Assembly: GCA_013265495.1 (NCBI GenBank)
Contig: MU058687.1
Coordinates: forward strand, 5,020,093 to 5,084,092
Reading direction: 5' to 3'
From: Vicugna vicugna
Lineage: Eukaryota
Length of the DNA stretch: 64,000 nt
The position numbers were made by a program, and so were the translations under genes. Under the pieces are notes generated by a model. That model searched no databases and was not told where the DNA came from. It worked only from the letters and a program-made list of their open reading frames with translations. This document shows, piece by piece, positions 1-13,059 of the stretch. Within the stretch, counting starts at the first letter, position 1; every line of letters begins with the position of its first letter.

Positions 1-294
1 GGATAGATGAATAAATTGAGATTAATGAGATTCTTCCTTTTCTTCCACCTGTTTTTAACCAAATGTCTGCTGCTCCGTGAGCAGCTGGGTGACTGCTGTT
101 GTTGATCACCAAGCTTCGCTGCGTTGTGAACAAGGGTTAGTTGTGAATGTCAGAAAAAATATTGTGATACATTTCTGCCTCCAATAAGGAACCATAAACA
201 TAGGTCAGAAAGGTTTAGTAGCCTCCATTAGTTTAAACCATAAACTTTTGTGTTATAATCACCACTCCCAAACCTAGGAATTATAGTAATTTAG

Positions 295-627
295 TGTTGA
301 CCTGAAACAAATAGACTGCTAGATATTTCTCCAGCAAAGAAGGGTTTATTCAGGATCGGAAGAGAATTGCAGTGGATCTGCAACTATGTTGAGGCATGTG
401 CCAGTCCCCAGCCTGCAAAGGAAAGAGAATACTTTGATAGGGAAGCAAAGGAAGTTGGGAGGGCTCTAGTAAACGGAGAGTCCTCGGCTTTTCATGGGCT
501 GAGTCCCTTCCAGGAAGAGGAATCTTTCTTCTTCCTGTTGGGTCTGTTGTTGTCTCAGGGTATGAGAGTTTCCCCTCTGGTCTCCCAACTCTATTTAATT
601 GAGGTTTCTCTTCATTAATTTTTTACA
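295..627 (-). mobile_element. ERV1-class solo LTR
   Basis: TG...CA ends, 4-bp TSD ttag/atag, AATAAA on the minus strand at 345-350. Confidence 0.75.
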
Positions 628-1634
628 ATAGAAAAACTAACTCATCTGTAGGGCATGTTTGACAGGGATAATGGAGAAGCTTGCACCAGATAACTTTGCC
701 CTTGGTGCTTTGTCTCATTCGCAAAGCTTTACTCAACTCAGAAATCACTATAATGTCCTATAAAGTTGTTTAATATTTTATTTATTTTAAAAAATGTACT
801 ACTGAGTAAAGGCCTTAAATAAAATTATAACTGACTTTTAGTCAAAGAATAAAACCTATCTCTGCCCCTCTGAGCTCTGTGATGTAAATCTCATCAGGAG
901 GAATAGCCTGTTCTCCAACTATTTTGCTTCGTAATACGAGCCGCACAAATACAGACCCAGGGTAGGGCCTCAAAACCTAAATATTTTATTAGAAGAAATT
1001 TCTAATTCAGTAGCTTCTGTTCCTGTGGCCAATGTCAAAGCTTACTTCTAGGAAAGAAAGACAGTAAATTCCTAACAATTGAATTGCTAAATCCATTGTA
1101 TATCTTAAGAAGACTCCTCCCCAGAAATGCAGCTCTTGTGATAGCTTTGTGGATTTTTTTTCCCCGGCATTTACCTGTAGATAAGTCGAACGATTCCATA
1201 GTTCTAACTACTCCCCTGGTTCTAACTAATAACAGAGCGTGTTATATCAAGGATAACGGATGTTGGAAAAAGTCAGGGTGGTGGAGGGTATATGGATAAG
1301 GTAATTGAAAGATTCTGTTCTTATTGTCCTTGGAGTACCCAGAATAGTCCAGACATCCTCCAATGGACCCAAGTCAGGCCCAGGAGGGGCCCTTCGAAAA
1401 AACTCGGTGCAAGAATTTCTCAGAAGACACAGTTATTAGCCAGGATCAGTTTAAGTCAAGAGGTGAACAGAAAACATATCCAAGGAAGAAAACCGAGTTG
1501 GCGGGAAGGTGTAGCTATTTTTAGTTACCTCTATAGAAAGTACAAGGTTAAAGATGGGAATCAAGGAAAGGATAATGAGCTGAATGATGTAGAACTGGGG
1601 GAGAAGTGAAGGAGCAAGAAGTCCAAAAGGAGAA

Positions 1635-1905
1635 TGGGATCTACCTCTGCCTTCCTCAGTATGTCTGCTTTGTCCTTAGACTGGCTATCCCCTCTGCAGG
1701 ATGTCTGCAGCTCTTCTAGATGTCAGATCCAGAAATGACAACATCCAAAGGAAAGAACAGCTTCCTCGGTGCAAGGAAACCTTTTCCAGCACCACTCCCA
1801 CACCCCGCCCCCGCCAAGTTCCCCTGACATCTTATTGGCCAAGATTAATTCCCATGTTCATTCTTAAACCAATAAGGGGGAAGGAATGCCATGGCTGGAT
1901 TATAC
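1635..1905 (-). mobile_element. Old MaLR LTR fragment (MLT1J/K-like)
   Basis: Similarity to recalled MLT1J-type motifs (atcttattggccaaga, cttaaaccaat); boundaries approximate. Confidence 0.5.
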
Positions 1906-2056
1906 AGAAAAAGAATAGATTTTGGAGAGTTAAATACAAATTCACTCACACAGCAGAAAATGGGGAGAATTCATACCTCATTCTCAATCTGAAGGGCCAT
2001 GACGGGTCTGTTGTAATGTGGCCCTAAATTTGGAATTGGAAGAGATCTTTAGTAGT

Positions 2057-2869
2057 TGTTACAATTTCCTAGGGCTGCTATAAGAAGCTACCACAATCTG
2101 GGTGATAAAACAACAGAAAATTTTGTCCCACAGTTCTGGGTGTAGAAGACCAAAATCATGGCCTCAGCAGGCCGTTTCCCCCTGAAACCTGCAGGGGAAG
2201 CCTTCCTCGCCGCTTTCTAGCTTCTGGTGGTTTGCCAGCGATCTTTGGGGGTTCCTTGGTGTCTTAGTCCATTTGGGCTGCTATAACAAAATACTATAGG
2301 CTTATAAACCCGGAAATCTACTTCTCAGAGTCCTGGAATCCGGAAGTCCAGTGTCGAAGAACTCACAGATTAGGTGTCTGGTGGAAGCTTACTTCCTGGT
2401 TCATAGAAGGCCATCTGTTCCCCATGTCCTCACATGGCACATGGGCTGAGATCTCCTTGAAGTCCCTTGTATAAAGGTGTTAATCCCATTAATGAGGGCT
2501 TTGCCCTTTGGCCCTAATTATCTCCCAAAGATCCTACCTTCCAGTGCCATCAATTTGGGAATTAGGGTTTTAACTAATTGCGTTGGGGGGTGGGGGCACA
2601 AACCTTCCGTCCATAGCACTTGACTTGCAGCTGCGTAACTCCAGTCTGACACCCACATCACAGAGTGCTCTCCCTGCGTGCCCCTGCCTTCACGCGGTTG
2701 TCTTCTTAGAAGGACGTCAATCATATTGGATTACTCCAGGACGACTTGATCTGATTTAACTAATGACATCTGCAACCTTCCTACTTCCAGTTAAGTTCAC
2801 GTGCTGTGGTACTGGGGGTTAGGATTGTAACATGTCATGTACAGGGTGGAAACCATTTGACCTATAACG
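2057..2869 (-). mobile_element. MLT1C-like MaLR solo LTR interrupted by a nested MLT1A element
   Basis: tttcctagggctgc...aaacaacagaaa start and gggggttagga...cctataac end; the two halves join once 2260-2623 is removed. Confidence 0.8.
2260..2618 (-). mobile_element. MLT1A/MLT1A0-like MaLR solo LTR (nested)
   Basis: tgtcttagtccatttgggctgctataacaaaatac...ccatagca; 5-bp TSD cttgg/cttga. Confidence 0.85.
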
Positions 2870-2949
2870 TTAGGCTTTTCCAGACCTTTCCAGTTTGTTC
2901 CAGTCTAGATCCAAAGCCTTGAGGTTTAGCCTAATGGGCCAGAACATTA

Positions 2950-3118
2950 TTCCCTAAACTTGCTAAATGTACTAGTCACTGGTGACCCTTAGTGAACGTA
3001 CAGATTCTTGGGCCTTGCCACACATGCACTGAATCAAGGAGTCTAAGGAAGATGCCTGAAAATCTTTTTGATAAGTGCCCCAGTTTGACTATGATCAGGC
3101 AAATTTGACAAACGTGGA
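2950..3118. mobile_element. MER5-like hAT-Charlie MITE relic
   Basis: cagattcttgggcc...actgaatca...aagtgccccag motifs typical of MER5A/B. Confidence 0.55.
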
Positions 3119-3849
3119 GTTAGGAGGTCTGGCACTTGCTGAGTTTCTGCCATATTGTTTCTGGCTGAGAAAGACATTTTATATATATTGTTTCTTACCC
3201 ATCACATCAATCCCCATTGCATACCTGGAGAAACTGAGGTTAAGCAAGAGTGGAGCTGGAGTTGGAGCCAGGTCTGATCTCAAATTACATTCTCTTTCTA
3301 CCAGGCTAACAGTAAGTTAAAGAATCTTGAATCCCCCAGTCCGCTGTAGTTTACTCTCCTTATCTTATTTACAGAGTTAAACTGTATTTCTTTTGTTCTT
3401 GGAAGGAACAAAATACACCTGGCAGATGGCCTTCATTTGGTTTTGCATGTATGGAAAAGAATTTTCTTCCCCACTCCTTTAATCCCTTACTTTTGAGTCA
3501 TTTGTTTTGCTTTTTACTTTAAGAACCTCTACATCTATTCTGTGTTTCTTTGGAGAAGAGAAAAATCTCATTGAAGTACACTTCTTCTGCTATCCTACCC
3601 TTAGCAGGACTGAAACAAAAGCTACCTGTCCCTGGATTTCTTTTCCATCTGCCCTCAGATACTAAATCGGTCATATAACTCTCAACAGTCTATGCCAAGG
3701 TCTGCCAGGGACAAAATGAGACTTCCAATCTTTGCACAAGTTGAACTTGAATCAGAAAAGTTGTATTTATAACTACTCAAAGGACAGTAGTTTACAGAAA
3801 ATGTGAAAGAACTCGGGCCTGTTTTCCTAAGAACTTTGCAACTAGACTT

Positions 3850-4010
3850 TTATTTTCAGTGCAATGAGGGTCCACTGAAGGCTTTCACACTAGATGGTGA
3901 CATCATAAAATTTCACTTCTAAAAATTATGATGGCTGTTGGGAAAAAGTGGATTGGAAGAGGCAAAAAGAAAAAAAAAAACTAGAAAGTATTTCACAGCT
4001 TCTCCAGGAA
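3850..4010 (-). mobile_element. L2 fragment
   Basis: gtgcaatgagg...ccactgaaggcttt...gtgacat...ggattggaagaggcaa, typical of antisense L2. Confidence 0.55.
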
Positions 4011-4359
4011 AATAATATTGTTGGAGAACCACTGACTCAGAAGATGTAGCTCATTTCCTGCCACGTGTTTCCCGGTCCACAATATTCTGTTGTGGAATTC
4101 CACTGGCTCAGGATCGTTGCCCCTTCAGTACAGCAATGTACAAGGACTGATCTACTAAAGTCAGGTAGTAAGTCTATGAATTTGAATAACTCAGCCAACT
4201 GATCTATCAAAACCAACAAGTCTAACATATAACTTCAGGCTGTAAGAACTAGTTTCTTAAAAACAAAAATGAGTGAAACCAAAGGACTCTCCCAGAAGTG
4301 ACCATATGTTTAATATTGAGTCATTGATGTTTATGATCAATTAGTACACAGTGGATAAA

Positions 4360-4555
4360 AATTTGAGCCAAACTTCAGTGGCTCTGCCATTCCCTTGCTA
4401 GATGGCTTTGAGTAGGTTATTTAAAGTGTGTCAATTTCCTCATCTATAAAGTAGGAATAATAGCACGTACCCGGTCGTGAACTCTAAATGAGATAATAAA
4501 CTAAATGGGCTAGCATAGGGCATACAATAGGCACTCAATAAGTGAGTGTTGTCCT
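4360..4555 (+). mobile_element. MIR SINE
   Basis: ggctctgcca...tttcctcatctataaa core, aatgagataat, taggcactcaataa tail. Confidence 0.75.
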
Positions 4556-5547
4556 TACTGTTTTATTAACAGACGTTGATCATTTTAGCCGCTTTATTAA
4601 GTAAAAACCTTGGACTGGAAAAAGCGTAAGTGTGGATTATTAATCTTGAAAATGGAAAATAGAGTTAGAGATGCTCCCCACACACAGTTCCTTTGCCAAG
4701 CTGCCCAAATGCTCGCTCTCCATTTTTCGAGGTCGTTCCCTCCCGATAAAACAGTGTTTTTATTGCCCCCGTCTGACAAGCACATGAAGTTGCTTGCCTC
4801 TTGCCCAGGGCTGAGTTATAGACGATGTATTAGAAGCCGTATATTCACTCTGTCTTCCCCCCGTGTCCCTCATAACCACCCCAGAGCCTGACAGAGAAGA
4901 GGGCACCGGCAGGCTTACTCATCTTTTTATTTCTTGTTGTTCTCTCTACTGTGACCTCAACGCCTGGAGCTGGTGCTCGTGCCCATTCACCCCCTTTCTT
5001 GCCTCAGAGCTATTGTCACACGTATAAATACACAGCGAATTGGAAGGGTTTCTGGGACCAGCTGAGAGAGAAGGTGCCTGTTCTCCCCCCATTAATATGC
5101 CATCGCGTGAAGAGATTGTAGACATGGTGGCTGCAGCCGATTAAAAAAGAAAGCAGGCTGAATTGAGAGGGAGGCATCACGAAAGGCTGGAGCCACCTTT
5201 CAACTCCAGAGCTGGAAGAAGCTGATGATCTGTTATTTTTTTGTTTTGTTTTGTTTTAATATTGTGACGAGAGGGAAAATGCTGTACAGTAAATCTATTG
5301 AGCTGCTTCAGGAGGCTTTTCTCTTGATCTAATTGAGCTATTTGAAGTGTACTTGAAAGTTCTCATCCAGCCCGTGTCAGCATCCTGCCCGCTATGAGCC
5401 GTGAGAAGTTAATCGTCTCTGCATTGTTAGGAGAGATTGTCAGGTATCTGATGGCTGTCCATTCACCGCAGCAGTGTGTGAGTAAGGGAGGCGTGTGTGT
5501 CCACGTTTGTCCTTGAGGCATGAACCTGTTTGACTGTGCATGAGGAC

Positions 5548-6090
5548 TGTAGGAGAGGAAAAAATATCTTTCCTTTGCCCACCTTAGGTTCTCCAGCTGG
5601 CAGCCTGTTAATTCGAATGGCAAGAGACAGAATAATGAGAGGAAAATGGAAGTTTACTAACACGAGCATTGTGAACGTACACATGAGAGCACCCAGTGAC
5701 GAGTAACCCAGAGGGGTGGTTGGAACTTGGGCTTATATACCATCTTAGGCTAAATAGAGAAAAAGAGGATTTTGGCTTCTGGGCTAGGGCAACAAGTTAT
5801 GGGCAGGTGACCAGGAAAGGGATGGTAAACGAGGGTGGTTTGGTAAGGTTTGTTATGTAGATTTAAGTCATTGCCTTCTCCATTGATAGGAGTTAAGCAT
5901 TTTCCACTTCCTGGTAAAGATTTACAAATGTGAATCTCCTTTACAAATGTAAATCTATTTTATAAAAGGAAAACTTGTGCCCTGTTTTTAGAGCTTTTTC
6001 CTCTATCTGCTGGTTCTCAGTGGCCTTTAGCTCAAAATAACCCATATGCCAGAGGCATGTTCGAGGATTGCATATGCTTGTTACCCTTGA
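5548..6090 (-). mobile_element. MER34-like ERV1 solo LTR
   Basis: Minus strand reads ggcatatgggttattttgagctaaaggcc...cagcagat (MER34 5' part) and ends ...cctctcctaca; TSD ggac/gaac. Confidence 0.8.
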
Positions 6091-6484
6091 GAACCAAGCA
6101 CACCCACACCTCCATTCAGATGGTACCTGCAGGTAGTCTCAGTGCCAGATAATTCTTGTCAAACAGGCGGATTATCCAAAAGACAACTGTGATTATCCGT
6201 ATTACTGCCCCCTGCCTCCAAGCCTTTGAATATGCTATTTCCCTATCTGAAACCATCTTGCCCAGACATTGCCACTGGCTTCACCTTTCACTGAAGTCTT
6301 CTACTGAAGTCTCAGGCTATGTATCACCAACCTAGGAAGCCTCCCTTAAGTCTCATGACATTAAGGCTAAGGGTACCCCGCTATGTTTCCCTAGTTTCCC
6401 TTTAAATCTCCTTGGCTTCCCATTAAAGTACCTACTGCAGCATACTGACTTCTTGCTGATATATATGAATGTATTTCTCAGGAA

Positions 6485-7235
6485 TGTTACTGAACTGAAC
6501 GTGGGCCTGCCTTGCCCGCTGCACAGCAAAGCCAGACTATTGATAGCAGGCTGTGGTGAAGCAAAGTGCAACATTTACTGCAGGGTGCCAAGCAAGGAGA
6601 ATGGGCACCTCATGCTCAGAAGACCCGAATTCCCTGATGACTTTCATGGGAGGGTTTTTAAAGGCAACATTTGAGGTGAGAGTTGCAGCTCCTGGACTTC
6701 CTTCTGATTGCTTGATGGTGAGGTAACAGGGTGATGTTATAGGAATCTTCATCATCAACCTTCTGGTACCAACCAGCCTGGGATCTATGTGCTTATGGTC
6801 AGCGTGTAGTCATCATCTTCTACTTAGGAGACAGTCTTAGTTTCTGCGGAACGACTCAAATGCATGCATCAGATTGTTATCCATATTCCTTGAGGAGAAA
6901 CTAGGACTCTGTTTTATCGATGAACCATTTCCTTTTCCTTTGTTTCTGTATTCTCTCACTTTCCTAATTAGTAACTGCTTAAGTCTGCTCTTTTGAACTC
7001 AGGGGAGACCTATGAGGTTAAGTCTTTCTCAACAAATAAGAAATGGGAGACATGGAGGAGCTTTTGTACTGGGAAGACTCCATAGGGTCCTCCTCAGTTT
7101 CAGTCCCTTCTTTTCTTTGATATCCTCAGTCCTGAGGGGAACAGGGGCAGGAAAAGAAAGGGAATAAAGTTTTGGATAGAGATGTTAATCAAAAGCTTGG
7201 CAGAGGAACTTGGTTTTAGGGGGAATTCAGCTTCA
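6485..7235 (-). mobile_element. LTR39/MER39-like ERV1 LTR with ~130-bp upstream extension
   Basis: tgttactgaac...cagggtgccaagcaaggagaatggg...gggtcctcctcagtttca core (6485-7102), homologous to the element at 22529; polypurine tract next to it on the minus strand. Confidence 0.8.
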
Positions 7236-8571
7236 GTAGTTCACACATTCCATGAGGTTATGTTGTATTCATCCCAGAATTGAAAGCAATCTCCAATGTG
7301 TAACAGATTGACAATAAATTAATTATCAAAATAATTGAATAACTGTGTTTTGGGGGGAAAGAGATTGTCTAAAAGCCCAGAAGGCTGGCTCATGACTTGT
7401 AAATTGTAAAAACCACTCACTTTCCAATAATTTTGATGACTCGTTTCATGCTTTTCGGTTTACATATATCTGCATAATCATGTTCTTAATAGGGAATTCC
7501 CAGTCCTTACAATTGACCAACACCTGATATTAAGAGTGGTCTGCAGGTGCTAGATTAGGGAAAACTCAGGGCTTCCTCTTCTGATTCATTAGTACTCAGC
7601 ATTGAGAGGGGATGGGAATTCAGCCCAGATGGAGAAAGCACATACCAAGCACATTCAGGGTGAGTCTGGGTGATAAACCAGGGAGAAGTAATGAGGCAAA
7701 TCATTTCAAGTTTATTTTATTTTACAAATAAGTCCTTTACTTGTTAGCATTTTTTAAATAATTGATAAGCTTGACTATGTCCATGTGTTTTCACTCTCAG
7801 ACTATGCTATGGATGGACCGTCTTCACTGATGCCTTTGGACTTGAATTTCTTTTTGCCCTTGTTCTGTTTGAGTTTAGACTTTCAGCAGATTGGCTTTAT
7901 GGCTCTCTGTTGTACCTCTGGCATGCCTTTCAGATTCACCTGTAATCCAATCTGTTTAATGAAGGTCACAAAAACTAAGTCAACATGAGCCATGAGCGTG
8001 AAATCCAGTGGTCCTGATTGTTTTTATTCGCTAAGGAGCAGCCACCCCCACATCAGGGTAGGTTATAGTGTTTCAGGCCTTTGGTCTTATTGATCAAGTC
8101 ATTCATCTCTTATTCTGCGAAGTCAGGGTCCTTAAGTACTTGGGTGGAGCCACAGGGACTCTCCCTCACTAGCCATCTTTGGCTTTGTCATTGGTATTAT
8201 TTACTACTTCTGATACTACTTTTTTTTTTTTAAGTAAGATGTTAGAGTGACCAGAAGGGATCTTAGGACACCTAACCTCACCCTCCTGGAGAAAGGCATG
8301 ATAATTTACTGTCCTCAGGACTGAAAGAGGAGGAAACTAACCAACAAAATGGCTTCCCTGAGGCTACAGCTGTTTGCTGATCCATTCTGACTTAAAATTT
8401 GTGCAACTTGTTTTTCTCTTTTCTCTGACAAATCCCCATCTCGGGCTCAACTTCTTTTGTGCTAAACAGCCCCCAACCTTTCCATTGCACTCTCCACACC
8501 CTCTACTTTCTTTACCCAGAATAGCTTATCCTTTAACTCAGAAGCTTTCTTCCAGGAAGGTGGTTATGGGC

Positions 8572-8881
8572 TGATAGGCTCAGAAGAATGAACAGACTAT
8601 CTGGAGTTTCTCCATGATGCCTGGTGGATTCATCAAGATTAAGAAGAATACAGCACCCCAGAAAATGCCCTGATTATTGTCACCTTCCTGTACCATCCGG
8701 TTTTCTATGAAACCTGAGGACACCAACTCCAGGATGGACTCTCAGTCTCTAATGCATTAGCCTGCCGGGGCTCCCCTTTGCCTGGCAAAACAATAAAACT
8801 GTTCTTTTCTAATTCCCCCCAGACTCTGCCTCCAAGTCTCAATTTGGCTATCAGGGTACAGAGGCCAGTTTTTTGGCGATA
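8572..8881 (+). mobile_element. ERV1-class LTR (sense orientation), 5' boundary uncertain
   Basis: ctatgaaacc TATA-like box, AATAAA 8792-8797, U5-like end aatttggc...gtacagaggcc...ttggcgata. Confidence 0.65.
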
Positions 8882-11224
8882 GTATGAGGCAGATATTATA
8901 TATCTAAATAGAATTTTAACTTCTTATCTTAGAAATTTTTATTCAGCTACCTAAGACTACCATTCTTGTATATCTAAACTATATATGTATATAATGTATT
9001 ATTATTATTACTTTCCTTAGAACATAAGCTAGATTATTCCACAGTGCAAGCCCCTTCCTTTCTATTTGGTCTTCACTGATTGATAAAAGGATTTTATTTC
9101 TGCCTTGGTCTGGAAATATCTTGTTAGCACTGTTTATGAATAAAAGATCCTGCAGACTTTTTTTTTTTCGGAATTAGTTTACTATTTTCTCTACCACTCA
9201 TTTTTTTCTTCTTAATCTTTCCACTATTCCCATTATTTTTCAGCCATTTCCCCCCCCCCCCATGATCTTAGAGAGACAACTGTAACTATACATAGGCACA
9301 TCTTTCACATTCACCTGGGTGGCTTTTAGACCTTGCTTTGTATGCTGGGCAGGTTCTTGAAGAAGCAGGTCGGAACTGAATCTTTGGAAATCAAGTCATT
9401 GCTGAAGGATATGGACGAACTTGCTATGAATGGACCCTTTTATGAACCTATTTCCAAAGCAAACAGTCATTCTCTATCTTATCTTTTGTGCAAACCCTGA
9501 TGTCCACATTTAAGCTTTACTTAAAGCACTGCCTCGTTTATAGGTATCTTTACATAATGGTCATCCCCCAATCTTATAATTGAAAATTAGGTAATTTTCA
9601 TTTACTTTCTGCCTTTTTATGCCTGAAAACCTCTTATCTCTATCATTGTTTTGGTAATTCTCTTGGAGGAACTATAATAGTCCCTGCAAAGTGAACATAT
9701 CTCTGTTTCAGTCTGAACACAAAACAGGCAGAATGTATAGTAGGGAGTGAGATACCCAGAGCCCAGTTAAGTGAACTGTTGATTACTTTTGAAAAAATTG
9801 CAGTAAATCATGATTTCCTTACAAAACATAGACGTGTCTGATTTAGGCATTTAACTTACAAACATACTCTGATATGTTTTTCTGCTCCTTCTCCCTCTGT
9901 GGGTTTATACTTCTATATAAATGAAAAATAAGGGCTTTGAGTCATTCATGAACAAAGTTTTCTTTTTGTAGTTCTGAAAGAGTGATTGTTTTGCTTTTAA
10001 AGAGGCTCTCTCCTTCTTGGGCCAGATGAAACATCAATGAAATAAATAGAATTTAGAATTGAACATGAAAATGAAACTTAACTTGCCTTTTTACCATTAA
10101 ATACGTATTTGAAATTATGTTACTCTTTTATAGATTTCCTTTCTTTATCACATTATTACTGATTCCAATTAAAAAAAACCTAAATCTTAATATTCTTCCC
10201 AAGATAAATGCTGTTTGTGATCTGTGCCAAAGCAGAAAACACCAAGGAGAACCTGGGAGGTCCCAGCTCAATTTTGTTAAACCTAAAGGACTTGGTCGTT
10301 TGAGAAAGCATCTGTTTTCAAGGTGCTCCCAGTAACAGTGTTTTGCCAAGTAAACCTGGACTGGAGTCATTCTACCTTCTGACCCACTTCTCAACTCTGC
10401 TCACACAGGAGGTCTGAAAATGAAGCCAGATGAAGAAACTGGCTTTACAAGTGAGAACCTGAAAGCTTAGCTAGTAAGGGAAGAAAAAAAGATCAGGGTG
10501 TTTTTCAGTGATCCTGCTTCTGTGAATGGTCTGTGCATGTCTCACACCCCTACTGTGTGCCTTGGCTTAAAGGTTCGCATGGGGTGCTCTGAAGGCTGTG
10601 GCCTGGTTGGGATGCCACAGCCACCACGATTCCCAGCACTCCAGGGTCCAGCCTCACCTACGAAACCAGGCAAGCTGAGTGCCGCCAAGTCCCACCGGTG
10701 CTCTAGCCTTCCGTTTCAGGAGGGTTTTTGGATCAGATGTGCCTCTCCAAGCAGGACCTCAGCTGTGTGCAAATTCATTTTCTTTAGGATCTATTTATTG
10801 TTCTTAAATTAGCAGCGTATTCACATGGAAGCAAAAACAAAGGCAGTTGTAGAATGAGGACCCAGTGAGGTCTTGTGTATGCCTTCTGTGTGTCTTGTGT
10901 GTGCCTTGCACCTGGGTGAAATAGGAGACCATCTTGGTATTTTCATCATCTGTCTGTTCGTCATTCCGTCTTGCTGAAAGGCCCAGACAGAGGCTGTGTC
11001 CATGTCTAATCACTGATTGATTTCTTGACATTATTGAGAAGGACAAGCCAAATTAATGGTGATATTGTCTGGCTGATTTATCATAAATTCTCCCTGCAGT
11101 GTTAATTAGCTCTGCTCTTTTTCTCCTCCCAGTTTAATCTCAAGCATATGTGTTTTTTTGTATCATTAATTTTAAAAGTCTGCAAAGTACTTAGTACCAT
11201 CCATCTAGTTTGAAAGATGCTTTA

Positions 11225-11315
11225 TGATGCAGTGGGAAGAACGCTGGGCTAGAAGTCAGGACTCCCGAGTTCCTGTCCAGGTCTGGTGCTAACCTGCCGT
11301 GTGACCTTGGACACA
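11225..11315 (+). mobile_element. MIR 5' fragment
   Basis: gcagtgggaagaacgctgggct...gtcaggactcccgagttc...gtgtgaccttggac. Confidence 0.7.
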
Positions 11316-13033
11316 ACCTTTCAGCCATACTAACTAACTCTTTGCTGTTGCCAGCTTACAAAGCTACTTTGGGTGTTTGGACAATAAAAATATACCTTTT
11401 CTCTTCATTAAATATACATTCTCCTTTAAACCAGAGTGCATGATAAAGTGACATTAAGAACATCCGTTAAGTGTATTTTTTTTTTCCAAGAAGGTAATCC
11501 TTTATGCAACAGGATAGGATTATTTATTTTCATGGAGCAAATTTAGCAAATTCCCTTAATTTTAGGCCATTAGGGTGATTTCCAGATCGCTCTTGTTCAC
11601 CTTGTTCCTTCTTGACTTACCAGAGGACAAAGACGTATAAACTATATATGGTCACTGTATCTGTCAACAGATGTCTAGTTGCACTTAAGTAATGACCAAC
11701 ACTGTGTCAGAAATCTCTGGAACCAGAGCTAGAGTGGCTGAGTAGAAAGTGAGATGAACTTTACACACTCAGTATTGGAAGACACCTTAAAGGTACTTTA
11801 GTCCAACCACAAAACCATTGTTCCAAGCACTTGACTTTCTGTCCTAGGTTTCCCAATTACAGTTGCCCAAAGAAGCCATTTCAACTCCACGAGACTCTGC
11901 TTTCTCATGGGAAAGACAGAAATTGGACCCAGTTATCTTTCAATCTTTTTTACCTAAATATCTTCTCATTCAACTAGACATTTTCTGCATTTCCAGAAAT
12001 CTACTCTTGGAGAAAAAGACATTGAGGGCAAAACAAAGTAGGTAATAATGAGATTTTTTAAGTCGTAATAAAATTAAATGCTTTCAGGTTTGGTATAGTG
12101 ATCCAACAGTTTAGCTACTTGCTGAGAGTAAGAGGTTATTTACTCTTTCAAGGTGAATTTCCTGTTATAACTGGGTAATTAACATACTTCTTACTAAATA
12201 AGAAGTGACTGAAGCTTCAGGAAGCCCAACTGCTAATACTCACACGTACTCAGATATCGTTTTGATTATTGACATCGCACACTTCCATAGACCTTGTCTT
12301 TTACCATTGGCAGTATTACTTCTCTGCTATTTTTACAACAAGAAAGCCCAGTGAAATGTAAATCTTCTTTTCCTTTATGATTGCTCTTAGGAGTATTGAG
12401 ATTAAGTAGAGAAACACCCTACATACATTTTTATAAAGTCTCATTCAGGGCAGTTAAAAGGAGATATCTTCTTTCAGTCTTATGAAGGAAAGTATATTCT
12501 TCCTAGAAGTCATATTTCCACTTCTCTTGCCACAGTTGCTTTATTATGTGACATTCAAAGCAAAGATTTGAAGTCACACATGTAGTAAAGTATTTAACTT
12601 GATAAATCATTTAGGCCAGCACTTTAAAGAAAAATGTAATATGCCTGAAGTGAAGTTTTAACCCAAGCTTTGTCATAAAGTTATTCCATAAATAATAAGG
12701 CTTACTCTCAGGATGGAATAGAATGTCTTAATTAGAAAGATGCACAAAGGCAAGAGTAATTTCATAGAAGAAAGGAGATCTATGCTGTTATTTGGCAATA
12801 GGAAATCGGACCAAAATAAATTTGTATGACATTCGAATAGGACCACAGGATCTGTTGTTATAAATACTTTCAGTCTCTGACATGAGAATAGGATTGGGAA
12901 AATGAATCCTGTGTGATGCATGTTGGAAGTGAGGCAAGATGATTCTGAAGTTGGTCTACAGGGAAGTTACCTTCCACATACAGCTGTCATATACATATAT
13001 GTGCATGTATACATATATAATTTTATATATTTC

Positions 13034-13059
13034 AGATAGATAGATAGATAGATAGAGAT
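13034..13059. repeat. (GATA)n microsatellite
   Basis: agatagatagatagatagatagagat. Confidence 0.85.
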
